A stretch of 36,588 nt of DNA. Source: Alphaproteobacteria bacterium. GTDB taxonomy: Bacteria > Pseudomonadota > Alphaproteobacteria > Micavibrionales > UBA2020. Below are positions 15,453 to 25,000 of the stretch, piece by piece (the first letter of the stretch is position 1; each line of letters opens with the position of its first letter). The stretch is taken from NCBI GenBank assembly GCA_029266795.1, contig JAQSWE010000015.1, forward strand, positions 1 to 36,588, given 5' to 3'. Made by a program: the position numbers and the translations under genes. Under the pieces are notes generated by a model. That model ran no database searches and was not told the origin of the DNA. It was given only the letters and a program-made list of their open reading frames with translations.

Positions 15453-16463
15453 ATGACAGCAGAATATATCAGCATTCATGGCGATGCATCCGGCGCGGGC
15501 GGCGTTCCGCTGCGCGACGCGCTGATCGGCATTTATGCGGCCTATTACATGGGGTCGCAGGATAATCCCGTCAAAGACCACCTGAACGCCCATTTCAATT
15601 TGCGCGCCAAGAACGCCTTCAACATGACCGCCGCGATGGAACACGCCTTTGGCAAGGAAGACAGCCCGTGGATCGTGCTGGATCATTTGTCCGACAAGCG
15701 GCGCGATGCGGAGAATAAAACCGAAGCGCTGCACGGCGCGCATTTCCTCACTCTTTATCACCGCGCATCCGGCCGCGTGATGATCGCGATGCCGGGGCTG
15801 GAATCCGACGACAATCCCGGCGATACGCTGATGGATATCAAGGAAATGGCGATTGGCGGCATGCGCGGGCAATCGACCGCGCTCTATAATTACACCATGC
15901 AGGTCGAAAAAATGATTGCCGATGGCGCGTTCAGGGGCGCGGATGGCAATCCTCTGCCCGTCACCGGCGGCATCGTGATCGGCGCGCATTCCATGGGCTG
16001 TACCGCCGCGCAGATGATGGCGATTGGCGGGTATCAGACGGTGCTGGTCGAACCGCGCCCCGTGCATGACGGCCTCATCAACCGCATCGCGGACAATTAC
16101 GCGAAAATCACCGGCCATGACAAACCGGATGCCGAAACCGTCGTCGAAAAACTCGACGCGTCAGCGGTGAATATCCGCAGCCGTCATTCAAATGTCTGGA
16201 ACAGCATTATCCTGCCCTGGATCAAGCAGCGCGAAACAGGGCAGAGCTTTGCCTATACGACCGAAGGCCACAACGTCGTTCCCGCCGACCGCGGCATTGG
16301 CACCTTCCATCGCGTCGAAATGTCCGTGCCATCCATCAACGGCATCCGCGAGGCGCGGGCCTATGAGGAGAAGGCGATTGTCACGCAGAACACGCACCAC
16401 AACAACCTGATAACGGATATCCTGCAAAACGCGGCGAAGAATAAACCGCAGCCCAAAAAGTAA
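15453..16463 (+). CDS. Putative alpha/beta-fold serine hydrolase (lipase/esterase-like)
   Basis: 336 aa with a nucleophile-elbow motif GAHSMG inside IVIGAHSMGCTAAQMMA, preceded by beta-strand-like hydrophobic stretches. No signal peptide. Confidence 0.5.
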   Translation: MTAEYISIHGDASGAGGVPLRDALIGIYAAYYMGSQDNPVKDHLNAHFNLRAKNAFNMTAAMEHAFGKEDSPWIVLDHLSDKRRDAENKTEALHGAHFLTLYHRASGRVMIAMPGLESDDNPGDTLMDIKEMAIGGMRGQSTALYNYTMQVEKMIADGAFRGADGNPLPVTGGIVIGAHSMGCTAAQMMAIGGYQTVLVEPRPVHDGLINRIADNYAKITGHDKPDAETVVEKLDASAVNIRSRHSNVWNSIILPWIKQRETGQSFAYTTEGHNVVPADRGIGTFHRVEMSVPSINGIREARAYEEKAIVTQNTHHNNLITDILQNAAKNKPQPKK

Positions 16464-16487
16464 CCCCGGCTTTCGCCGGGGTTTTTC
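16464..16487. terminator. Bidirectional rho-independent terminator between convergent genes
   Basis: ccccggc (16464-16470), loop tttc, gccgggg (16475-16481), followed by ttttt. Confidence 0.75.
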
Positions 16488-16488
16488 T

Positions 16489-17298
16489 TTATTTGTTTCC
16501 GCTGAGCATGCTCTCCGGAATATTCAGGAAGTTTCCGCCCGAGCCGCCGCCCGTGATTTTCGGCAGCTGGCCGTCCCATTTCTGCACGGCTTCATACATG
16601 ATGAGCGACTGGTTTTTCGCCAGCGCCTCGTTCTTGATCATCATCGATTCAGCATCCGCACGCGCGGCGATCAGGCGCTGCTTGGCCTGTTCCTCGATCT
16701 GCACGGTCTGGTTCTTGGCCATCTCGGCGCTCTGCACCGCGACCACCTTCGCCTCGACCGCGTTTTCAAACTGGTCCTGGAAATCGATGTTGGTCAGCGC
16801 AAACGCCGAAATAGAAATGCCCTGCGCCTTCAGGTCGCTGGCGATCATTTCCTCGATGCCGTTCTGCGCCTTCAGGCGGTTGGCGATCAAATCCATCGCC
16901 GCCCACTGGCCGATCACGTTCTTCATCGACGACGTGATAACCTGCGGGATCAGCTTGTCCGCCCAGAAAATGCCGACTTCGGAATACATCTTGACCGTCG
17001 ATGCGGCATCCAGCGAATAGTTGAGCGCGTATTTGATTTGCGCCTGCTGCACGTCCTTGGTGTAGACCGAGGTGTCGCCGTCGAGGCGCATAATGCGGTT
17101 GTCCAGCTGCGTGATGCTCGACATCACCGGCACCACGATATAGACGCCGGGCGGATAGGCGTCGGGGTCGACCTTGCCGAGCGTTTTCTTGACGCCGGTA
17201 TGGCCGGCATCGACCACGATCACGGTCGAGAGGAAGAAATAGCCGCCGATCAGCAGCACAGCGATAATCACGGCAAGTTTTTTGCCAAAGCCTTCCAT
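16489..17298 (-). CDS. SPFH/band-7 (prohibitin/HflC-like) membrane protein
   Basis: Start at MEGFGKKLAVIIAVLLIGGYFFL (ATG at 17298), the N-terminal TM. The SPFH body follows (VVDAGHTGVKKTLGKV..., ...NIDFQDQFENAVEAKVVAVQSAEMAKNQ). The track extension to 17472 looks non-coding. Confidence 0.8.
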   Translation of the reverse strand: MEGFGKKLAVIIAVLLIGGYFFLSTVIVVDAGHTGVKKTLGKVDPDAYPPGVYIVVPVMSSITQLDNRIMRLDGDTSVYTKDVQQAQIKYALNYSLDAASTVKMYSEVGIFWADKLIPQVITSSMKNVIGQWAAMDLIANRLKAQNGIEEMIASDLKAQGISISAFALTNIDFQDQFENAVEAKVVAVQSAEMAKNQTVQIEEQAKQRLIAARADAESMMIKNEALAKNQSLIMYEAVQKWDGQLPKITGGGSGGNFLNIPESMLSGNK

Positions 17299-17436
17299 TT
17301 GCGGGAACCTTTCATGCAAATTGACGATATTAGAATGGGGGTTTTGCGGGCGCGCCATCTGGCGATAAACTTTCGAAAAAAGACTGTCAGGACTGGATAT
17401 TAGGTCTATTTCTTGCAACGGGCAACGGGGCTGCTG

Positions 17437-17465
17437 GTATTTCGCATTCCATATCAGCGAAATAC
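17437..17465. promoter_or_regulatory. Perfect 9-bp inverted repeat upstream of the RND operon
   Basis: gtatttcgc (17437-17445) / gcgaaatac (17457-17465) with an 11-nt spacer, about 70 nt upstream of the adaptor ATG at 17535. Confidence 0.3.
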
Positions 17466-17534
17466 GTCCCAAAGCGCAGGATTTACGCCAGTCTTGCGTA
17501 TCAACCAGACCGCAAAAACCGGGAAAAAACTGCC

Positions 17535-18585
17535 ATGACCAAAAAACCCGTCATTATCTCCCTCCTCGTCATCGCCGCGATCGCCGCAGGTGGGTGGTAC
17601 TGGTATTCACATAAATCAGCCGGTGGCGACGAGAAAAAGCCCAAAGGCCCGCAGGCCGTCGTGACCGCCGTGGTCGAGGCGCGCGATATCACCTCCACCA
17701 TCAACGCCGTCGGCTCGCTCATCGCGGATTCAGGAAGTGCTGTTCGAAGAAGGCAAGCCCGTCAAAAAGGGCGACACCCTGATCAAGATGGATTCCAGCC
17801 TCATCGAAACCGAATACGCGAAAGCCAAGGCCGCGCTCGATGTCGCCGCCGCCACCTTCCAGCGTGACGACAAATTGAAATCGGGCGGCTTCGTCGCGGG
17901 CCAGCAATGGGATGTCTCCCGCGCCGATTACCGCGCGGCGCAGGCGGCCGTATCGAACGCCGAAATCCTCGTCACCAAAGCCGTCATCAAGGCGCCCTTC
18001 GACGGCGTTGCGGGCCTGCGCAATTTCTCTCCCGGTGATTACGCAACCGCAGGGCAGGAACTCACCAACGTCGTATCCCTCGACCCGCTGAAACTGGAAT
18101 TCACCGTGCCGGAGAAAGACTACGCCACCGTCAAGCAGGACCAGAAAATCAATTTCGTGGTCGATGCCTTCCCCGACCGGAAATTCACCGGCGATATTTA
18201 CGCGATCGACCCGCGCATCAATCCCGAAAACCGCAACTTCACCGTCAAGGCGACCATCCCGAACGGCGACGGCGCCCTGCGCCCCGGCATGTATGCCCGC
18301 ATCAGCATCGAAACACAGACGCGCCAAGCCGTGCCGATGCTGCCCGAACAAGCCATCATGCCGCAGGGTACTGACAACTATGTCTACACCATTAACGGCA
18401 ACAAGGCGCAGCGCAAGAAGATCACGATTGGCGAGCGTCAAAACGGTTCTGTCGAAGTGCGCGAAGGCCTGAAAGCAGGCGATAAGGTCATCACCGCCGG
18501 CCTGATGAAGCTGAAAGACGGCAGCGAGGTTGCCGAACAAAAGCCCGACGCCGCCGCCGCCCCTGCCCCCGCCAAAGCGGAGTAA
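17535..18585 (+). pseudogene. RND efflux periplasmic adaptor (MFP), split by an internal deletion plus frameshift near 17727-17737
   Basis: Frame A (17535 onward) gives the TM anchor and VVEARDITSTINAVGSLIAD, then nonsense. Frame B (track ORF 17737-18585) gives (R)IQEVLFEEGKPVKKGDTLIKMD and the full MFP body. The conserved segment normally between them (about 11 aa, consensus-like ESVxIRPEVAG) is absent. Confidence 0.65.
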
Positions 18586-18591
18586 TAACGG

Positions 18592-21500
18592 ATGACACTT
18601 CCCGAACTTTGCATCAAGCGGCCGGTTTTCGCGACAGTGATGAGCCTCTTCCTCATCCTGCTCGGCCTTGTCTCGTACTCGCGCCTTTCCGTCCGCGAAT
18701 ACCCGAACATCGACGAGCCCATCGTCACCGTTTCGACCAGCTATCTTGGCGCGAGCGCGGAGATCATGGAATCGCAAGTGACAAAAGTGCTGGAGGATTC
18801 ACTCGCCGGTATCGAGGGTATCGAGATCATGTCATCGATCAGCCGGTCGGAAAGCAGCCAGATCACCCTGCGCTTCGTCATCAGTCGCGATCCCGATGCC
18901 GCCGCCAACGACGTGCGCGACCGCGTATCGCGCGTGCGCTCGCAACTGCCCGACGAAGTCGACGACCCCACCGTCGCCAAGGTCGAGGCCGATGCCCAGC
19001 CCATCATCTACCTCGCCTTCACCAGCGACCGCCTCTCCGCCATGGAGATCACCGATTACGCCGACCGCTATGTGCAGGACCGGCTGCAAAACGTGGAGGG
19101 CGTGGCGCAGGCAAACATCATCGGCGAGCGCCGCAAATCGATGCGTCTCTGGCTCGACCCCTTGCGCCTGGCTGCCGCGAAACTGACACCCGCCGATGTC
19201 GAAACCGCGCTGCGCAGCCAGAACGTCGAAATCCCGGCGGGCCGCATCGAAAGCAGCCAGCGCGAATTCACCGTCCTGTCCGAAACCGACCTGCGCAGCG
19301 CCGAACAGTTCGAAAGCCTGATCCTGAAGCGCGACGGCACCACTTTCGTCCGCCTGCGCGATGTGGGCCGTGCCGAAGTCGCGGCGGAGGATGAACGCCG
19401 CGTCGTGCGCTTCAACGGCAAGAACGCGGTGGCGCTCGGCATCGTCAAGCAGGCAACGTCGAACCCGCTGACCGTGTCGCAGGGCATCCAGAAGCTGCTG
19501 CCGGACATCCGCTCATCGCTTCCCGAAGGCATGAACATCGAAATCGCGCATGATACTTCCGTCTTCATCGACCGCTCGATCAAGGCTGTCTACCAGACGA
19601 TTGTCGAGGCCGTCGTCCTTGTCCTGATCGTGATTTTCTTCTTCCTGCGCTCTTTCCGCTCCACCTTTATCCCGCTCGTCACGATTCCCATTTCGCTGAT
19701 CGGCGTCTGTTTTGCGATGTATGTGATGGGCTATACCATCAACACGCTCACGCTGCTCGCCTTCGTCCTTGCGATCGGCCTTGTGGTCGATGACGCGATC
19801 GTGGTGCTGGAAAATATCTTCCGCCATATCGAGGAAGGGAAATCTCCGCGCGAAGCATCGCTGATCGGCGGCAAGGAAATCGCCTTCGCCGTCATCGCCA
19901 TGACCATCACGCTCGCCGCCGTCTATGCGCCCATCGCGCTCTCCACAGGCAAGACCGGCAAGCTGTTCGTCGAATTCGCGCTGACGCTCGCGGGCGCGGT
20001 CATCATTTCCGGCTTCGTCGCGCTGACGCTCACCCCCATGCTGTGCTCCAAAATGCTGTCGGGGCATAAGGAAAAACATGGCCGCATTTACAACGCCATC
20101 GAAACATTCCTCGAAAAACTCACTTCGGGCTATGGCCGCCTGCTCGGCCTTGCGCTATCTTGGCGTTTCGTCATCGTCATCATTGGGCTTGCGGTTGCGG
20201 GCGCGAACGTCGCGCTGCTGATGCTCATCAAGTCCGAGCTTGCCCCCATCGAGGACCGCGGCACCATCGTCGTGCGCGCGAGCGCCCCCGAAGGCTCCAC
20301 CATCAATTACATGACCGAGTGGATGAAGAAGCTGGAGCCCATCGCGGCATCCGTGCCGGAAATCGACCGCTATTTCGTCGTGGCCGGCAGCCCGACCGTC
20401 TCCGACGGCATCGCTTTCCTGCGCATGAAACCCTGGGAAGAACGGGAGCGCAAGCAGCAGGACATCACCAAGGAACTGACGCCTAGAATCCTGCAGGCGA
20501 CCGCCGGCATCAGCGCCTTCCCGCGCAACCCGCCGTCGCTCGGCGGCTCCGCCCGCTCCAGCCCCGTGCAGATGGTCATCCTGACCAGCGGCACCTATCA
20601 GGACCTCGACAAGGCCGTAACGCAGCTGGTGCAGGATTTCGCAACCTATCCCGGCATGGTCGATGTCGATACCAACCTGCGCATGAACAAGCCGCAGCTG
20701 AACATCAAGCTCGACCGCGACAAGACGGCGGCGGTGGACGCCGATATCGACGACGCGGGCCGCACGCTCGAAACCCTGCTCGGCGGGCGTCAGGTGACAC
20801 GCTACAAGGATAACGGCGAGCAATACGACGTCATCGTGCAAGTGAGCGACGACCTGCGCACCCGCCCGCAAGACCTGACCGATATCTATGTTCGCAACCA
20901 GAAAAACGAGATGATCAAGCTCTCCAACCTCGTGACCATCGAGGAAACGGTTGCCCCGCGCGAGCTCAACCACTTCAACCAGCTGCGCGCGGCCGATATC
21001 ACCGCCAGCCTTGCCCCCGGCTATGCGCTGGGCGAAGTGCTGACCTATGCCGACAAGCGCGCCAAGGAGTTGCTGCCGCCCGGCTTTATCGTCGATTACA
21101 ACGGTGAATCGCGCGAGTTCAAGAGTTCGGGCGCCAGTATCGTGCTGACCTTCGCGCTCGCCATCGCTTTCATCTATCTCGTCCTCTCGGCGCAGTTTGA
21201 AAGCTTCGTCGGGCCGTTCATCATCATGCTCTCCGTTCCGCTCTCCATCGCAGGCGCGCTGCTGGCGCTATACCTGACGGGCGGCACGCTCAACATCTAC
21301 AGCCAGATCGGGTTGGTGACGCTCATCGGCCTGATCACCAAGCACGGCATCCTGATCGTCGAATTCGCCAATCAGGCACGGGAGAGCAACGACAAGCTGG
21401 GCCGCCGCGAGGCCGTGACGCAGGCATCATTGATGCGCCTGCGCCCCATCCTGATGACAACCGGCGCGATGGTGCTGGGCGCGCTGCCCCTCGCCCTTGC

Positions 21501-21642
21501 CACGGGCGCGGGCGCCGAAAGCCGTCAGCAGATTGGCTGGGTCATCATCGGCGGCATGGGCATCGGCACGTTCTTTACCCTGTTCATCGTGCCGGTGGTT
21601 TACAGCCTGCTGTCGCGCAAGGACATGCCCAAACATGGTTAA
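18592..21642 (+). CDS. RND (HAE1-type, AcrB/MexB-like) efflux permease
   Basis: 1016 aa with N-terminal KRPVFATVMSLFLILLGL and a 12-TM, two-large-loop architecture. VVDDAIVVLENI and other RND signatures are present. Confidence 0.9.
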   Translation: MTLPELCIKRPVFATVMSLFLILLGLVSYSRLSVREYPNIDEPIVTVSTSYLGASAEIMESQVTKVLEDSLAGIEGIEIMSSISRSESSQITLRFVISRDPDAAANDVRDRVSRVRSQLPDEVDDPTVAKVEADAQPIIYLAFTSDRLSAMEITDYADRYVQDRLQNVEGVAQANIIGERRKSMRLWLDPLRLAAAKLTPADVETALRSQNVEIPAGRIESSQREFTVLSETDLRSAEQFESLILKRDGTTFVRLRDVGRAEVAAEDERRVVRFNGKNAVALGIVKQATSNPLTVSQGIQKLLPDIRSSLPEGMNIEIAHDTSVFIDRSIKAVYQTIVEAVVLVLIVIFFFLRSFRSTFIPLVTIPISLIGVCFAMYVMGYTINTLTLLAFVLAIGLVVDDAIVVLENIFRHIEEGKSPREASLIGGKEIAFAVIAMTITLAAVYAPIALSTGKTGKLFVEFALTLAGAVIISGFVALTLTPMLCSKMLSGHKEKHGRIYNAIETFLEKLTSGYGRLLGLALSWRFVIVIIGLAVAGANVALLMLIKSELAPIEDRGTIVVRASAPEGSTINYMTEWMKKLEPIAASVPEIDRYFVVAGSPTVSDGIAFLRMKPWEERERKQQDITKELTPRILQATAGISAFPRNPPSLGGSARSSPVQMVILTSGTYQDLDKAVTQLVQDFATYPGMVDVDTNLRMNKPQLNIKLDRDKTAAVDADIDDAGRTLETLLGGRQVTRYKDNGEQYDVIVQVSDDLRTRPQDLTDIYVRNQKNEMIKLSNLVTIEETVAPRELNHFNQLRAADITASLAPGYALGEVLTYADKRAKELLPPGFIVDYNGESREFKSSGASIVLTFALAIAFIYLVLSAQFESFVGPFIIMLSVPLSIAGALLALYLTGGTLNIYSQIGLVTLIGLITKHGILIVEFANQARESNDKLGRREAVTQASLMRLRPILMTTGAMVLGALPLALATGAGAESRQQIGWVIIGGMGIGTFFTLFIVPVVYSLLSRKDMPKHG

Positions 21643-21988
21643 GAAACCTATCCTCGAGAACAAGCACAGGGCCGTCATTTCCCAGACGGAGTTCGCCAAG
21701 CGCATGGCGCACTGGCTGGGCGTGACGCTGCTCATCATCTTCGTCTCGCTCGCCGTGGGCGTGCTCGGCTATCGCGGGTTCGAGGGCATGGCATGGATCG
21801 ACGCGCTCCTCAACGCCTCCATGATCCTGGGCGGCATGGGCGAGGTCGATGCGCTGCATACCGTTGGTGGAAAATTGTTTGCGTCCTTCTACGCGCTTTA
21901 TTCCGGCATCCTGCTGGTCGTTTGCGGCGGGTTGCTGCTGGTGCCGGTGTTCCACCGCGTGCTGCACCATTTCCACGCCGAGAAATAA
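21634..21988 (+). CDS. 118-aa membrane protein with K-channel-like TM1, pore helix and TM2 layout and a degenerate filter
   Basis: ATG at 21634 overlaps the RND stop by 9 nt. WIDALLNASMILGGMGEVDALHTVGGKLFASFYALYSGILLV aligns by eye to the pore region of 2-TM K+ channels, with LGGMGE in place of TVGYGD. Confidence 0.55.
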
Positions 21989-22024
21989 AAAAACGCGGCC
22001 CGTTTCCGGACCGCGTTTTTTTAA
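21986..22024. terminator. Bidirectional terminator between the membrane-protein gene and gdh
   Basis: aaaaaaacgcggcc-cgtttcc-ggaccgcgttttttt: a GC stem with one mismatch, flanked by an A run and a T run. Confidence 0.7.
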
Positions 22025-22036
22025 AGCATTATTTCC

Positions 22037-25000
22037 TCACTTCGCCTGATGCACCAGCTGGCCGATGCGCTGGCTGACCAGCACGAGCATGTCGAGATCG
22101 ACCTGCGGCTGGGTGCGGAGTTCGTTCACGAGCGCGTTGATCTTGTTGGTGCGCACGCTGTTTTCTGCGAACCACTTGTCGACCATGGCGCGGTCGGGCT
22201 TTGCGTTTTTCTTGACCGAGCCCGCAAAGGCCATCGTCAGCGCCGCCTGATGGATGTAGAAATCATCCGTCAAACCGCCCATGATGCGCGCCTGCCACGA
22301 GGTTTGCGGCACCAGCTCCGCCACCTTGCGGCGCAGCCAGACGAGGCCGAGGCGGTCGCCCACCACGAAATACATCTCCGCAATCGCCTTGATATCCGCG
22401 CCGGAACGGCGGGCGATGGAGGTAATGTCGGTGGCCGACGAGAGCAGTTTCGCAACCGCGATGTCGGATGCCAGCGCTGGCGTCATGCCGCTTTCGGCGA
22501 AATGCTTTTCGTCCTCCTGCACGGATACATGCAAGCCTTCGGGCACGATTTTCGCGACCGATTTCTTCAGCATCTCGACGCCCGGCTGGAAGGCTTCGAC
22601 TTCTTTTCCCACATTCAGGTCGCCACCGCCGAAGCGCAGGTACCAAGTGACGGTGCGTTTCGCCACCACGAACACCTCGTTCAGCGCGTCCAGTTGCACG
22701 GTTGCCGGCACCTTGTTGTCGAGCGCCTCGATCGCCGCCCACATCTGCGGCAGGGCGTAGGATTCCATCACGATGATGAAGGCCTTCACGACCTCGCCCA
22801 GCGGCGCGCCGGTTTTCTGCATGCGCGACATGACGAAAACGGGGCCCATGCGGTTGACGATCATGTTGACCAGCTGCGTTGCGATGATTTCGCGGCGCAA
22901 GCGGTGCGCCTTGATCTCGTCCTTGTATTTGTGCAGCGCTTTCGGGAAGTAGTCGAACAGCAACCCTTCCATCCGCGCATCGTCCGGCACATCGGTTTTC
23001 AAAAGTTCGTTATAGATATCGATCTTCGCCCAAGAGGTGAGGATGCAAAGCTCAGGCCGCGTCAGACCGCCGCGTTCCTTGGTCAGACGTCCCAGCGCCT
23101 CGTCATCCGGCAGGCCTTCAAGGCTGCGCTTGATCAGGCCGGATTTCTCCAGATGGCGGATCAGGTCGATATGCATGCCCAACTGGTCGCGGGCGATTTT
23201 CTGCTGCAGCGACAGCGATTGCGACTGCTGGTAATTGTCGCGCAGCACCAGTTCCGACACTTCTTCCGTCATGTCGGCCATGAGTTTATTGCGTGCCTCC
23301 ATCGAGAGTTTCCCGCGCCCGACGACGTCGGACAGCAGGATCTTGATGTTAACTTCATGGTCGGAGCAATCGACGCCGCCCGAATTGTCGATGAAGTCGG
23401 TGTTGATGCGGCCGCCGTTGCGGGCGTATTCGACGCGCGCGAGCTGCGTGGTGCCGAGGTTCGCGCCCTCGCCGATCACTTTCGCGCGCACATCTTTCGC
23501 ATCGACGCGCAGGTTGTCGTTGGTCTTGTCGTCGGCATCCGCATGGCTTTGCGCCGCCGATTTGATGAACGTGCCGATGCCCCCCAGCCATATCAGGTCG
23601 ACTTGCGCCTTCATGATGCTGCGGATCAGTTCGTCGGGCGTGACGCTGTCTTCGGAAATGTCGAAGGCTTTCTTGATCGCCGCCGACAGCTTGATCGTTT
23701 TCGCCGAGCGGTCGAACACGCCCCCGCCCGCCGAGATTTTGTCCTTGTTGTAACCGTCCCAGCCGAGACGGTTGTCGAACATGCGCTGGCGTTCGACAAA
23801 GCTGGACGCCGGATCGGGGTTCGGGTCGCAGAAGATATGCACGTGGTTGAACGCGGCCAGCAGCTTCATCTGTTTTGACAGCAAAACCCCGTTGCCGAAC
23901 ACGTCGCCCGCCATATCGCCCACGCCGACGGTGGTGAAAGGCTGTTTCTGGATGTCGGTGCCCATTTCGCGGAAGTGGCGCTTCACACATTCCCAGCCGC
24001 CGCGCGCGGTGATGGCGATGCCTTTATGGTCGTAACCCGTCGCGCCGCCGGAGGCAAACGCGTCGCCGAGCCAGAAGCCGGCCTTTACCGACAATCCGTT
24101 CGCGTGGTTGGAGAATGTGGCTGTGCCTTTGTCCGCCGCGACGACCAGATAGGGGTCGGGGCCGTCATGGCAGACCACATCTTTGGGGCGCACGATCTTG
24201 CCCTTGACGCTGTTATCGGTGAGGTCGAGCAGCGCCTGCACGAAAATCTTGTAGCAATCGACGCCTTCCTGCAGGTATGCGTCGCGGCCGCCCGTTTTCG
24301 GCGGCTGCTTCACGACGAAACCGCCCTTCGCGCCGACCGGCACGATGACGGTGTTCTTCACCTGCTGCGCCTTCATCAGGCTCAGGACTTCGGTGCGGAA
24401 ATCTTCGTGGCGGTCGGACCAGCGGATCCCGCCGCGGGCGATGTCGCCGCCGCGCAGGTGGATCGCCTCGACGCGCGTGGAATAGACATAGATTTCCACA
24501 TGCGGGCGCGGCAGCGGCAGTTCGATGATGTTTTTGGAATCCAGTTTCACCGCGAGCAGGTTCTTCGGCTGACCGTTTTCGTCCGTCTGGAAGTAGCTGG
24601 TGCGCAGCGTTTTCTCTATCAGCGTTTTGTAGCTGCGCAGGATACGGTCATGGTCGAGCTTTTGCACGCCACCCAGCATCTCGATGATTTTCTCGCCGGC
24701 AAGGCGCGCTTTCTCCGCCGATTTCGCGCCCGCTTTCGGGTCGTGCAGCAGCTTGAACATCTCGACCAGTTCGCGCGCGATTTGCGGGTAGGCCGCCAGC
24801 GTTTGTTCAATGTAAACACGGGAATACGGCAGGCGCGCCTGACGCATATAACCGGAATAGGTGCGCAGCACCATCACTTCGCGCCAGTTGAGGTTCGCGC
24901 GCAGGACAAGCTGGTTGAGCCCGTCGCTTTCCGCGCGGCCTTTCCACACCTGAATGAAGGTTTCTTCGAGGTTCTGCATCGCATCCAGCACGGGCAGGAT

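Noticed and set aside
15411-16118. 235-aa minus-strand ORF
   Set aside because: It is antisense to the GxSxG hydrolase gene, with reverse-frame composition rich in His, Arg, Gly and Ala.
17299-17472. N-terminal extension of the SPFH ORF
   Set aside because: The extension (MGRISLIWNAKYQQPRCPLQEIDLISSPD...) precedes the obvious membrane anchor and lies in the divergent promoter region. An internal ATG at 17298 gives a canonical SPFH N-terminus.
17719-18777. 352-aa minus-strand ORF
   Set aside because: It is antisense to the RND adaptor body. It is Arg/Gly/Asp/Val-rich with no recognisable domain.
21497-21633. Upstream part of the 163-aa track ORF
   Set aside because: It is an alternative frame of the RND permease 3' end. 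The membrane protein plausibly starts at ATG 21634.
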